The notes under the pieces: generated by a model
What the model saw: only the letters and a program-made list of their open reading frames with translations
Databases searched by the model: none
What the model was told of the DNA's origin: nothing
Shown: one piece after another, positions 38,776 to 47,343 of the stretch
Layout: each line of letters opens with the position of its first letter
Numbering within the stretch: the stretch's first letter is position 1
NCBI GenBank assembly: GCA_964450885.1
Contig: CAYVFE010000001.1
Span: 160,489-224,488, forward strand
Reading direction: 5' to 3'
Origin: an uncultured Gammaproteobacteria bacterium
GTDB taxonomy: Bacteria; Patescibacteriota; Microgenomatia; Levybacterales; GWA1-39-11
DNA length: 64,000 bases
Made by a program: the position numbers and the translations under genes

Positions 38776-39912
38776 TTAGAGTTTTCCGGATTTTATATTC
38801 TGCCTTAAGTTCTCGACTAATTTATTAAAGTATGTGAGATTATGTATCGTTAATAGCTTTAGTCCCGTGATCTCGTTTCCCCTTAAAAGATGGCATATGT
38901 ATGCTTTTGAGTATTTGCTGCAGGCAAGGCATTCACAGCTATCATCAAGTGGCTTATTATCAGTTAAAAATGATTGTTTTTTCATAGCAAGTTTTCCCTT
39001 AGGAGTGAAAGCTACTCCGTGGCGTGCGTAGTGCGTTGGAGTTATGCAGTCGAATGTTTCGACACCCTCAGACATAATCGGCTCGAAGTCGTCCGGATGC
39101 CCGATCCCCAGTAGGTGGCGAGGTTTATTTTCTGGTAGAAAAGAGTTGGTGAGGCGGAGCATTTTTTGCATTGTGCGCTTGTCGTCTCCGAATTCGCCTC
39201 CTATACCGAATCCATCAAATGGAAGAGCTCCTATAAATTTCGCGCTTTCGGAGCGAAGATCCTCAAACTTTCCTCCTTGGACTATCCCGTAAAGTGCCTG
39301 ATCGGATTTTTTAGTATCCAGACAAATTCTTGCCCATTTATGTGTTTTTAGAAGAGACTTTTTTGTGTACTCATAGTTGGCGATAGGACTGGTGCACTCA
39401 TCAAAAGCAAAAATTATGTCAGCTCCTATCGACTCTTGAATTTCTATAGACTCTTTTGGACCGATAAAAAGTTTTCGTCCATCCACTGGGCTCCTGAAAA
39501 ATACACCGTCATCAGTTATCTTTATATTTTGTGGTTGTTGCCCTTCTTTAATAGAAAGATCAGATTTTTCTTTTAGGATCTTTCCGACTCCGTGATCTAT
39601 TCCAAAGCCTAGTGAAAAAACCTGAAATCCGCCAGAATCTGTCATGAGTGGATGATCCCAGTTCATAAACTTATGGATCCCGCCAGCTTTTTTGAGAAAC
39701 TTTTCTCCAGGCTTTAGGTGCAGGTGAAAGGTGTTTGAGATAAGTATTTTAGTGTTGGTCTTTTCAACTTCATCACTTGTTAGAGTTTTGACGACAGCTT
39801 GAGTGGCAACTCCGGTAAAGGAGGGCGTCTCGAATTCTCCATGAGGAGTCTTGAGTATTCCGATTCGGGCGTTACTTTTTTTCGACTTAAACTCAATCTT
39901 GAAATCTATCAT
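38776..39912 (-). CDS. tgt: tRNA-guanine transglycosylase
   Basis: NTFHL, TDSGGFQVFSL, FDEC, GIVQGG, HLLGIG, FDC, Zn site CEC..C...HN. Confidence 0.96.
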   Translation of the reverse strand: MIDFKIEFKSKKSNARIGILKTPHGEFETPSFTGVATQAVVKTLTSDEVEKTNTKILISNTFHLHLKPGEKFLKKAGGIHKFMNWDHPLMTDSGGFQVFSLGFGIDHGVGKILKEKSDLSIKEGQQPQNIKITDDGVFFRSPVDGRKLFIGPKESIEIQESIGADIIFAFDECTSPIANYEYTKKSLLKTHKWARICLDTKKSDQALYGIVQGGKFEDLRSESAKFIGALPFDGFGIGGEFGDDKRTMQKMLRLTNSFLPENKPRHLLGIGHPDDFEPIMSEGVETFDCITPTHYARHGVAFTPKGKLAMKKQSFLTDNKPLDDSCECLACSKYSKAYICHLLRGNEITGLKLLTIHNLTYFNKLVENLRQNIKSGKL

Positions 39913-39960
39913 GAAAAGTATTCTAGCATTATATGCTCAGCATTGATATAATTATTAATT

Positions 39961-40518
39961 ATGGGCCTAATTGATGCTTTGTCTGGAAAAACATACAAAA
40001 GGAATATTCTAATAAACAAAAATTTAGATATTCTATTAACCAAATCTAAAAATGAAGATGATAAGGTATATTTGTGGCTAAATTCTATAATTGTTCCAAT
40101 AGGTATTTTTGTCGAAACATTATTAATTGATGATAAAAGTGATCAAACAGAGTTAATAAGAAATAATACTTCTAAGATTGATGCGGAAAAAGTTTTGACC
40201 TTAATGAAATTTTTAATTCTTTTTACTCTCTATTTAGATAAAAAAGGTGAATATGCTAAAGAGTATGGTATTACTAAAAAGAGTCTTGAGAAAGCAGTAC
40301 TTGAATTTACAGACGCTAATGAAGAAATTGTAAAAATGTATTTAGACTTGAGTAAGGATAGAACAGACTTTAACTTAATTGCTGACGGATTTTACAATAA
40401 TATATTAACTATTCTTTTAGGTATTAAAAGAGAAGGCTTTATGGATAAGCTTACAGAGAGTCTTTACATATTAGACCTTTTCTCATTTACAGTATTTGGA
40501 GAAAGCAAAGAAAAGTAA
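39961..40518 (+). CDS. Hypothetical protein, visibly more AT-rich than its neighbours
   Basis: 185-aa ORF filling the gap, own TGaTATAAT 8 nt before the ATG; no recognisable motif. Confidence 0.7.
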   Translation: MGLIDALSGKTYKRNILINKNLDILLTKSKNEDDKVYLWLNSIIVPIGIFVETLLIDDKSDQTELIRNNTSKIDAEKVLTLMKFLILFTLYLDKKGEYAKEYGITKKSLEKAVLEFTDANEEIVKMYLDLSKDRTDFNLIADGFYNNILTILLGIKREGFMDKLTESLYILDLFSFTVFGESKEK

Positions 40519-40559
40519 AATGGATAATATTCGATTTCTTCGGTAAGCTCAGGGTCACA

Positions 40560-41333
40560 CTACCTCTTGTCAAAGTATAATGTAACTGTTGAGGTGATAG
40601 TTTGAGATCCAGGCTGGAGATTTGCGCTTCCGCCACCCATTGCTTCTACCGAAAGTGCCCTGTCATACATAGGCATAGGGTAGTCATTTCCACTGGACTC
40701 AACTATATTTGTAACCTTTCCAAGTCTTATTCCAAGTCTGTCTGCAAGTTCTTTTGCCTGCTGTTGTGCATTTTCGATAGCAGCATTTCGAGCTTGCTCG
40801 CGGTACTCTTCAGGCTTGTCTATGACAAAACTTGTTCCCAGTATCTGATTTGCGCCATTTGCGGTGGACTGCTCTATGACTTGCGGGAGGATATCAAGAT
40901 TTCTTACTTTTATGGAAAGACTCGCATTGCCGCTGTATCCGGTGATTTCATTAGTTCCGGATTCATAATTATAGTCTGGATTTATCGAGTAATTTGATGT
41001 AGATACGTCTTCGTCAGAAATCCCCAGACTCTCCATGGCAGCGACAATCGAGTTATTGGTTTGGTTGATCTGGTTTTGTGCTGTTTCGACAGTGGTTGCG
41101 TTGCTTACGATAATTCCGACATTTACTTGTGCCGTATCAGGGACAACATCCACTTTCCCTTCTCCGATTACAGCAAGTTCTCCGGAGGCTTGTTTGGTGG
41201 TAACGTCTATCGGATACGAAATCCCTAGAGCATTTATTACCCAGAGAGTAAATACAATAAGTGCAAGTAAAACGATAGTAAAGAGAAAATTTTTACTTGC
41301 GACAAGATCGGCAATACTTCTTTGGAGTTTCAC
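40560..41333 (-). CDS. SIMPL (DUF541) domain protein
   Basis: V.GEGKV.V.PD.A.V.VG, T.NYSI.P.Y, AR..AI..A...A..LA...G..LGKV..I.E; GTG start after TTGACA-17-TAAACT. Confidence 0.9.
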   Translation of the reverse strand: MKLQRSIADLVASKNFLFTIVLLALIVFTLWVINALGISYPIDVTTKQASGELAVIGEGKVDVVPDTAQVNVGIIVSNATTVETAQNQINQTNNSIVAAMESLGISDEDVSTSNYSINPDYNYESGTNEITGYSGNASLSIKVRNLDILPQVIEQSTANGANQILGTSFVIDKPEEYREQARNAAIENAQQQAKELADRLGIRLGKVTNIVESSGNDYPMPMYDRALSVEAMGGGSANLQPGSQTITSTVTLYFDKR

Positions 41334-41374
41334 AATTAAAGTTTAGATTCTAAAAAATCCTTTGTCAATAAGAA

Positions 41375-42586
41375 TTATTCATACCTCAAAGCATCGATAG
41401 GAGATAGCTTTGCTGCACGCCTTGCAGGGTATATCCCAAACACAATTCCGACAAGCGTTGATACCCCCACCGCAATTATAATGGCAGGGATACTTACGAC
41501 AAATGGAATATTTGCAACAAGGGAAATTAGAAAAGCTCCAGATATCCCTAGTGCGATCCCTATAAGTCCTCCTATAAGACTCATAACAACTGATTCGACC
41601 AAAAATTGCGTTAATATATCCTTTTCCTTTGCGCCGATCGCTTTAAGTAGTCCTATTTCTCGCGTCCTTTCGGTTACAGATACTAGCATTATATTCATGA
41701 CACCGACTCCTCCTACGACTAGGGAAATTCCTGATATGCCAGCAATCATGGCAGTTAGTAGGCCCGTTATGGTCTGTACAGTAGACAATATATCTTGAGA
41801 GCTAGTTATCTGAAAATCATTTTCATCGTCCTCATCTAAATTGTGTCTATCACGCAGCAAGAGCTCAACGTCCTCTAAGGTCTGATTTATTGAATTTTGA
41901 TCGTGTACGCCTATATCAATCTCCTGAAGTTTTTCCTCGCCAACGATTTCCCGCGTGACAACATCTATGGGAACTATTGCCGAGTTGTTGATGAATCCGC
42001 CCGCAAGCGCGCTGGACGACTCCATGACACCAGTCACCCTAAATGTTCTGTTATTGATTCTTACTATTTCTCCTAACGCAGATGTGTTTTCTCCAAATAA
42101 ATCCTCCACGACATCTGTTCCCAGTATGACAATTCTCTCTGAGGCTGTACCTTGTTCCTGCGTCATGAACTCTCCTTCGATGAGGTCAGGACGCAGAATT
42201 TCAAATATTTCATGAGTGGAGCCATATGTCAAAACTTCTTCGTCTTCTCCGTTTGCTGATATGTTCACAGATGCCATGGAAATTGGCGCAACGTATCGGA
42301 TGTTTGTTAGGGAAGCGTCATTCCGGATCGCTTCTACGTCATCAAATGTTATGGTATTTGAACCTGCGAAAGTACTGAACTGATCACTCCCAGGAGTAAT
42401 TTGAAAATAATCTGTTCCAAATGATGATAATTCGTCTGTTACAAAAGCGACTGCTCCTTGACCTATAGAATAGATTAGGATGACCGAGGTTATTCCTATT
42501 ATGATCCCCAACATCGTTAAGGACGTTCGCAGGATATTGTTTCTCAGTGCTTGGATTGCCGATTGGACTATTTCCTTGTATTCCAT
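41375..42586 (-). CDS. MacB/FtsX-like ABC transporter permease
   Basis: LRTSLTMLGIIIG, GGVGVMNIMLVSVTERTREIG, PARRAAKLSPIDALRYE. Confidence 0.95.
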   Translation of the reverse strand: MEYKEIVQSAIQALRNNILRTSLTMLGIIIGITSVILIYSIGQGAVAFVTDELSSFGTDYFQITPGSDQFSTFAGSNTITFDDVEAIRNDASLTNIRYVAPISMASVNISANGEDEEVLTYGSTHEIFEILRPDLIEGEFMTQEQGTASERIVILGTDVVEDLFGENTSALGEIVRINNRTFRVTGVMESSSALAGGFINNSAIVPIDVVTREIVGEEKLQEIDIGVHDQNSINQTLEDVELLLRDRHNLDEDDENDFQITSSQDILSTVQTITGLLTAMIAGISGISLVVGGVGVMNIMLVSVTERTREIGLLKAIGAKEKDILTQFLVESVVMSLIGGLIGIALGISGAFLISLVANIPFVVSIPAIIIAVGVSTLVGIVFGIYPARRAAKLSPIDALRYE

Positions 42587-42588
42587 AA

Positions 42589-43284
42589 TTATTTCTTTTT
42601 GTCAGAAACGACCTTTCCGTCGACTAGCCTAATAATTCTTTTTGCATGCTGAGCTATATCATCTTCGTGGGTGATTAGGATTATTGTCCTTCCTTTGTTA
42701 TTTAGCTCTTTTATAAATGACATAATTTCATGCGACGTCTTTGTGTCTAGATTTCCGGTCGGCTCATCCGCAAGGATGATCGATGGGTCCATAACGAGTG
42801 CACGTGCTATCGCGACGCGTTGGATCTGGCCACCTGATATGTGATTTGATAGATTGTGCGCTTTATCTGCGATTCCTACGAGCGAGAGTGCATCCATAGC
42901 CCGCCTCGTCCGTTCTTCCGGGTTAATCTTTCCATAGAGCATAGGGCGTTCTACATTCTTTAAGACGGTTGTCCTGGGGAGCAGATTAAATGACTGAAAA
43001 ATAAATCCAATTTCCTTATTCCTGATATCAGCGAGTTGATCCTCCGTATATGTGCTTATGTTCTTTCCATTAAGTAGATACTTTCCGGTTGTCGGAGTAT
43101 CGAGGGCTCCTATTATATGCATTGTTGTTGATTTACCACTTCCAGATGGTCCCATGATTGCGACAAAATCTCCCTCGCTTACCTCAAGTGTTACTCCATT
43201 TAGTGCTTGATAGAATTGATCGTCACCGAGGGGATAGCGTTTTGTGATGTTCTCTAGCTTGATGATCGGAGTGTTATTTGGCAT
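42589..43284 (-). CDS. ABC transporter ATP-binding protein (MacB/LolD-like)
   Basis: [37 protein letters not shown]. Confidence 0.96.
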   Translation of the reverse strand: MPNNTPIIKLENITKRYPLGDDQFYQALNGVTLEVSEGDFVAIMGPSGSGKSTTMHIIGALDTPTTGKYLLNGKNISTYTEDQLADIRNKEIGFIFQSFNLLPRTTVLKNVERPMLYGKINPEERTRRAMDALSLVGIADKAHNLSNHISGGQIQRVAIARALVMDPSIILADEPTGNLDTKTSHEIMSFIKELNNKGRTIILITHEDDIAQHAKRIIRLVDGKVVSDKKK

Positions 43285-43294
43285 TGCATCTTAT

Positions 43295-44533
43295 TTAAAA
43301 TAATCCTGATCTTTGAATTTGTTCGTTCGAAAGCGACGTAACAATTTCCTGTCCTTCATCTAGACCCTTGAGTATTTGTGTCCTGTCCTCTCCCCGTATT
43401 CCTATTTCTACAGGAACATATTCGACAGCTTTAGTCGATGGATTAATGACTCTTACTGCGCGTCCTCCCTGATAAGGCTTAACAGCCGAATTCGGGACAG
43501 AAAGCACGTCCGTTATTTGATTTGTGACGATCTCAACATCTGCCGTCATTCCCGATCTCAGGTCAGTATCAGGATTAGTTATTTCTATATAGACGTTATA
43601 GCGGATAACGCCCATGTCATCAGTTCCGATAGTGTCAACTCTTCGTACGATACCTTTGAATTCTTTTCCATCTATAGAGCTTACATCGATAACCGCTTCC
43701 TGACCGTCTTTTACTTTAGATATATCTGTTTCACTTAGCGAGACTTTTACCTCTGTGGTACCTGGCTTTGCGATATTGAGAATTGGCGATGAGGCATTTG
43801 TTACAGTCTGGGCTTTTATCGGAGACCCACCAGTCACTGCAAGATTTGCTATAGTCCCGTTAGTTGTTGCTTTCACAACCGCATCTTGGGTTGCCTGATA
43901 CAAAAGCCATGTTGAGCTAACTGCCACTCCGGCTTGGCCTACGACCGTCTGTTGATCTTTATATTTGGCTTCAGCTGCTTGCCATTGGTCTTGCGATATC
44001 TGAAATTCTGCAGCTTGGCGATTTTCCTCCCGTGGTCTATTTTCACCATCCTCATACTCTCCATTAGTCGCCAGGTCTCGGAATGAATCCCATGCTCCGT
44101 ACATATCTGCGCGCAGTACATCTAGGTTGGATTTTGCAGCATTTAGAGTTGCCACAGCTGTTAGGTAATTTGCATAAGCTGCCTTTTGTTCTTGTTCTGT
44201 TGCGTTACTTTCTATATTTAGAAGATTTTGGTTTTCGATTACGATATCTCCATTTGCTACATAAATTTCTTTTACAATACCGTTAGTTGGAGAATATATC
44301 TCGACGTTTCCATTCGATGACACTCTTCCCGTTTCTGTAACAGTTTCCTTTATATCTGTACGCTCAGCCTTTGCCAGCGTATATCCTGGAGGGGCAGTGA
44401 GCGCGCCGATTTGGCCAACAACGATAGACAGTAATATGATTATTACAACTATTACGATGATCTTTTTTTTCCACGATATAGACTTGAACCACGAGTGGAA
44501 CTTTCTGGGAAAATAGAGCACTTTAGCTATCAT
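43295..44533 (-). CDS. MacA-like membrane-fusion/adaptor protein
   Basis: TM anchor, lipoyl halves, SETDISKVK.GQ, LRSGMTA, VLSVP..AV; start uncertain (ATG 44533 chosen). Confidence 0.9.
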   Translation of the reverse strand: MIAKVLYFPRKFHSWFKSISWKKKIIVIVVIIILLSIVVGQIGALTAPPGYTLAKAERTDIKETVTETGRVSSNGNVEIYSPTNGIVKEIYVANGDIVIENQNLLNIESNATEQEQKAAYANYLTAVATLNAAKSNLDVLRADMYGAWDSFRDLATNGEYEDGENRPREENRQAAEFQISQDQWQAAEAKYKDQQTVVGQAGVAVSSTWLLYQATQDAVVKATTNGTIANLAVTGGSPIKAQTVTNASSPILNIAKPGTTEVKVSLSETDISKVKDGQEAVIDVSSIDGKEFKGIVRRVDTIGTDDMGVIRYNVYIEITNPDTDLRSGMTADVEIVTNQITDVLSVPNSAVKPYQGGRAVRVINPSTKAVEYVPVEIGIRGEDRTQILKGLDEGQEIVTSLSNEQIQRSGLF

Positions 44534-44664
44534 AATTAATATCACCTATGATAACATGTTTGGCTAATCTTAAGAAAGTAGATTTCAAAAGGCTTCAATC
44601 ATGAAAATTTTAAGTTCAAAATAGGCCAAAAGTAAAAAAAGGTGAGCAAAATTACTATAACATA

Positions 44665-44693
44665 TTGACTAGTTTTATACAGTCTGATACTAT
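44665..44693 (+). promoter_or_regulatory. sigma70-type promoter
   Basis: TTGACT 44665-44670, 17 bp, extended -10 TGaTACTAT (hexamer 44688-44693). Confidence 0.75.
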
Positions 44694-44707
44694 CCTGAGA
44701 CTGAACT

Positions 44708-44730
44708 GCCCCAGCAAAGGGGCTTTTTTT
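44708..44730 (+). terminator. Leader (promoter-proximal) intrinsic terminator
   Basis: GCCCC-AGCAAA-GGGGC followed by T7, between the promoter and ATG 44743. Confidence 0.7.
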
Positions 44731-44742
44731 ATAGCAAAAAAT

Positions 44743-45507
44743 ATGGACAAAAATAATTCTACAATTTCGATAAATATCCCAAATCCCGTTGTCGGGATCG
44801 ATAAATTGAAAAACTACATTTTCGCTTTTGCATTGGAGATGTATAACGGTCCGATAAGACAAAGGACTTCTCCACTAAAAAACTTTCTGAGCAACGTAAA
44901 AAATCCTTTTAAGAATTTTAAATTCCCAAAGTTTAACAAGAAATTTTTGATCAAAATCGCACTTCCTATACTTGTAGTAGTAATTTTCCTGTTGGGTGCA
45001 GCAAGCATCATAAGAAGTTTTAATACCACGAGCGCAAATCCTGATTATGCGACGCAAGTTGGGGCAGCACTTCCAAACCCAGTGTCTGAGCAGAAATTGG
45101 ATAAGAGTTTTAATTTTCCTCTGACAGATGAGGAGGGAGAACAGGTTGGATCTTTTGACTATACAGTCGAGAATGCAGAGCTTAGAAAGCAGATTATTGT
45201 TCAAGGAAAAAGAGCGACTTCTATAGAAGGAAGAGTATTTCTGATCCTAAATCTTAAGATCGTGAATAATCTGGATCAGGCAATCCAACTTAATACGAGA
45301 GATTATGTCAGGGTGGTCGTAAACAATAACGCTGACGAGAGGCTTGCTCCAGACATCCACAACGATCCAGTAGAAGTGCAGGCGATCTCAACAAAATACA
45401 CACGACTTGGTCTTGCGATAAATGATACAGATACTAAAAATCCAATCATTCTTCAGGTAGGAGAAATTGATGGAGAGAAACAAACGATAGAGATAAGCTT
45501 TAAATAA
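44743..45507 (+). CDS. Single-pass membrane protein with extracellular beta-sandwich (DUF4352-like) domain
   Basis: Basic cytoplasmic N-terminus, TM, then G..FLILNLKIVN..D..IQLN.RDY, VEVQAISTK..RLGLAI; start placed at ATG 44743. Confidence 0.7.
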   Translation: MDKNNSTISINIPNPVVGIDKLKNYIFAFALEMYNGPIRQRTSPLKNFLSNVKNPFKNFKFPKFNKKFLIKIALPILVVVIFLLGAASIIRSFNTTSANPDYATQVGAALPNPVSEQKLDKSFNFPLTDEEGEQVGSFDYTVENAELRKQIIVQGKRATSIEGRVFLILNLKIVNNLDQAIQLNTRDYVRVVVNNNADERLAPDIHNDPVEVQAISTKYTRLGLAINDTDTKNPIILQVGEIDGEKQTIEISFK

Positions 45508-45529
45508 GCCTATTAATGTACGTTTTCAT

Positions 45530-45763
45530 ATGAGTAACCTAAAACAGGACGAGCTAATCTCAGAAATAAAAAACGCCCTCAGAAGCGTTAAATATGGAAG
45601 CGTTGAAATCATTGTTCAGGATAGTACCGTTACTCAGATTACCGTTAGAAACATCAAAAAAACCAGCGTTGGAATACATGAGGAAGATGCACCAACGCAA
45701 GATCATACACTTAGGAATAATATTCATACGAGGTCTAAAATAAGAATAAACTTGCACTCTTGA
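45530..45763 (+). CDS. DUF2292/YezD-like small protein
   Basis: I..AL.SVKYGSVEIIVQD..VTQI matches the YezD pattern as I recognise it. Confidence 0.8.
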   Translation: MSNLKQDELISEIKNALRSVKYGSVEIIVQDSTVTQITVRNIKKTSVGIHEEDAPTQDHTLRNNIHTRSKIRINLHS

Positions 45764-45788
45764 CACAGTAAGTTACATAGAGTATAAG
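45760..45788 (+). promoter_or_regulatory. Promoter of the repeat-protein operon
   Basis: TTGACA 45760-45765 (contains the DUF2292 stop codon), 17 bp, TATAAG 45783-45788. Confidence 0.65.
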
Positions 45789-45805
45789 TATTAACTAGTA
45801 ACGAA

Positions 45806-45873
45806 AGGCTGACCGCAAACGGAGGCTTCTACACACAAAAACTTGTGTGCGGAAGTCTCCGTTTTTCGTTTTT
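45806..45873 (+). promoter_or_regulatory. Putative transcription attenuator (antiterminator hairpin overlapping a terminator)
   Basis: Hairpin AGGCT-GA-CCG-CAAA-CGG-A-GGCTT (45806-45828) shares its 3' half with the 5' arm of a ~21-bp stem (45817-45864) that runs into TTTTTCGTTTTT. Confidence 0.75.
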
Positions 45874-45961
45874 AAGGGCTACCAAAAACGACTTAGGCGG
45901 GGCAAGTTACGAAGTGCTCTCTTAACGGAGAAATCTTAATAAAAAGGAGGTGAAACTTAAA

Positions 45962-47248
45962 ATGACAAATTTAAAACAACAAACTTTTTCAGTACTAGCA
46001 GCAGGAGCTATGCTTCTTAATGTAGCTACTCCAGCCCTAGCTGGTACTTATGAAATATCTGGTAACGGTTCAGGATCTGACAACGATATCGTTGTTGAAT
46101 CTACAAATACAACAACCGTTAATCAGAACAATACAGCAAACGTCACCAACAATATAAAAACAAAAGCAGACACAGGCGACAACAAAGCTAATTACAATAC
46201 TGGTGGAAATGTAGAAATTTCTACTGGGAACGCAGGTGTAACTGCAAGTGTTTCAAACAACCTTAACAGCAATGTTGCAGAGGTTGATTGTTGCGCAGCA
46301 AATGATACCGATGTCACAATTTCTGGCAACGGTTCAAAGTCTGATAACAAAGTTGGACTAGTTAACTCTAATACAACTAAAGTTAATCAGAAAAATGTTG
46401 CAAATGTAACAAATGATGTAGATGCTAAAGCAGACACAGGCGACAACAAAGCAGGCGCAAATACCGGCGGAGATGTCGTTATAACAACTGGTAAAGCAGT
46501 AGTAAATGTAGACGTTGACACTGTTGCAAACAGCAATGTTGCAAGAGTTGGAAGCGGAAACAGCGCTACTCCTACACCATCAGCAAGCTTTATGATTATC
46601 GGAAACGGTTCCGGATCTGATAATGAAATAGCAGCTGCACTTACAAACGCAACAACACTAGGTCAGAACAATACAGCAAACATCACTAATGATGTAGATG
46701 TAGACGCTGATTCTGGGGACAACAAAGCTAACTATAATACAGGCGGCGATGTTGTAATAACTGCTGGTTATCCAGTAGGAGCAGTTGCAACTGTTGATGT
46801 TGACAATCTAGTTAACTTCAACGCTGCAGATGTTGATTGTGGATGTGAATTCGATGTTACTGCAAAAATCTCTGGAAACGGAGCAGAAGCAGATGACAAA
46901 AATCACAAAAATTGGTGGAGCAAATGGTTTGACAAAGACCAGAATTATATCGGTCTTACCCTAGACAACACTCAAACTGTTGGACAGGCAAACTTAGCAA
47001 ATCTAACCAATGATGTTGACGTAGACGATGCAGAAAGTGGAGATAACGAAGCTAGTTACAATACTGGAGAGGCTGATACCGACCCAAGCATAACAACTGG
47101 TGCTGCTATCTCAGATACTTCTGTATCTAACGAAGGCAACTCAAATATCTTAGGTGATCTTTCTCTAGAAATGCCTGAAATGCCAAGCAATGTTGAAGTT
47201 TCTTTCAGCTTTGCAGCAATGATGGCTTTCTTTGGAATGTCATTCTAA
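45962..47248 (+). CDS. Secreted Asn/Thr/Gly-rich repeat protein A (4 repeats), putative major structural subunit
   Basis: SD AGGAGGTGA 45945-45953; signal peptide (ALA|G); four ISGNG.GS.N..Q.N.AN.TN.V...TGDN.A.YNTGG...ITTG repeats; DCC and DCGC. Confidence 0.85.
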   Translation: MTNLKQQTFSVLAAGAMLLNVATPALAGTYEISGNGSGSDNDIVVESTNTTTVNQNNTANVTNNIKTKADTGDNKANYNTGGNVEISTGNAGVTASVSNNLNSNVAEVDCCAANDTDVTISGNGSKSDNKVGLVNSNTTKVNQKNVANVTNDVDAKADTGDNKAGANTGGDVVITTGKAVVNVDVDTVANSNVARVGSGNSATPTPSASFMIIGNGSGSDNEIAAALTNATTLGQNNTANITNDVDVDADSGDNKANYNTGGDVVITAGYPVGAVATVDVDNLVNFNAADVDCGCEFDVTAKISGNGAEADDKNHKNWWSKWFDKDQNYIGLTLDNTQTVGQANLANLTNDVDVDDAESGDNEASYNTGEADTDPSITTGAAISDTSVSNEGNSNILGDLSLEMPEMPSNVEVSFSFAAMMAFFGMSF

Positions 47249-47304
47249 TTGGGCGTGAGTAGAGGTTCTTGCTAGCACTTCGGCAAGACCTCTACAAAAC
47301 CCAA
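47249..47304 (+). other. Intergenic stem-loop without a + strand U-tract (probable mRNA stabiliser or partial terminator)
   Basis: TTGGG/CCCAA, GTAGAGG/CCTCTAC and TCTTGC/GCAAGA nested pairings. Confidence 0.65.
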
Positions 47305-47343
47305 CACAAAATTGAAAATTAAAATAAATAACTAAAAATAAAA

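Noticed and set aside
45795-45945. Known riboswitch (c-di-GMP-I, T-box, SAM) in the leader of repeat protein A
   Set aside because: I could not find the diagnostic motifs, and the segment before the terminator is too short for these aptamers; an Rfam search is still needed.
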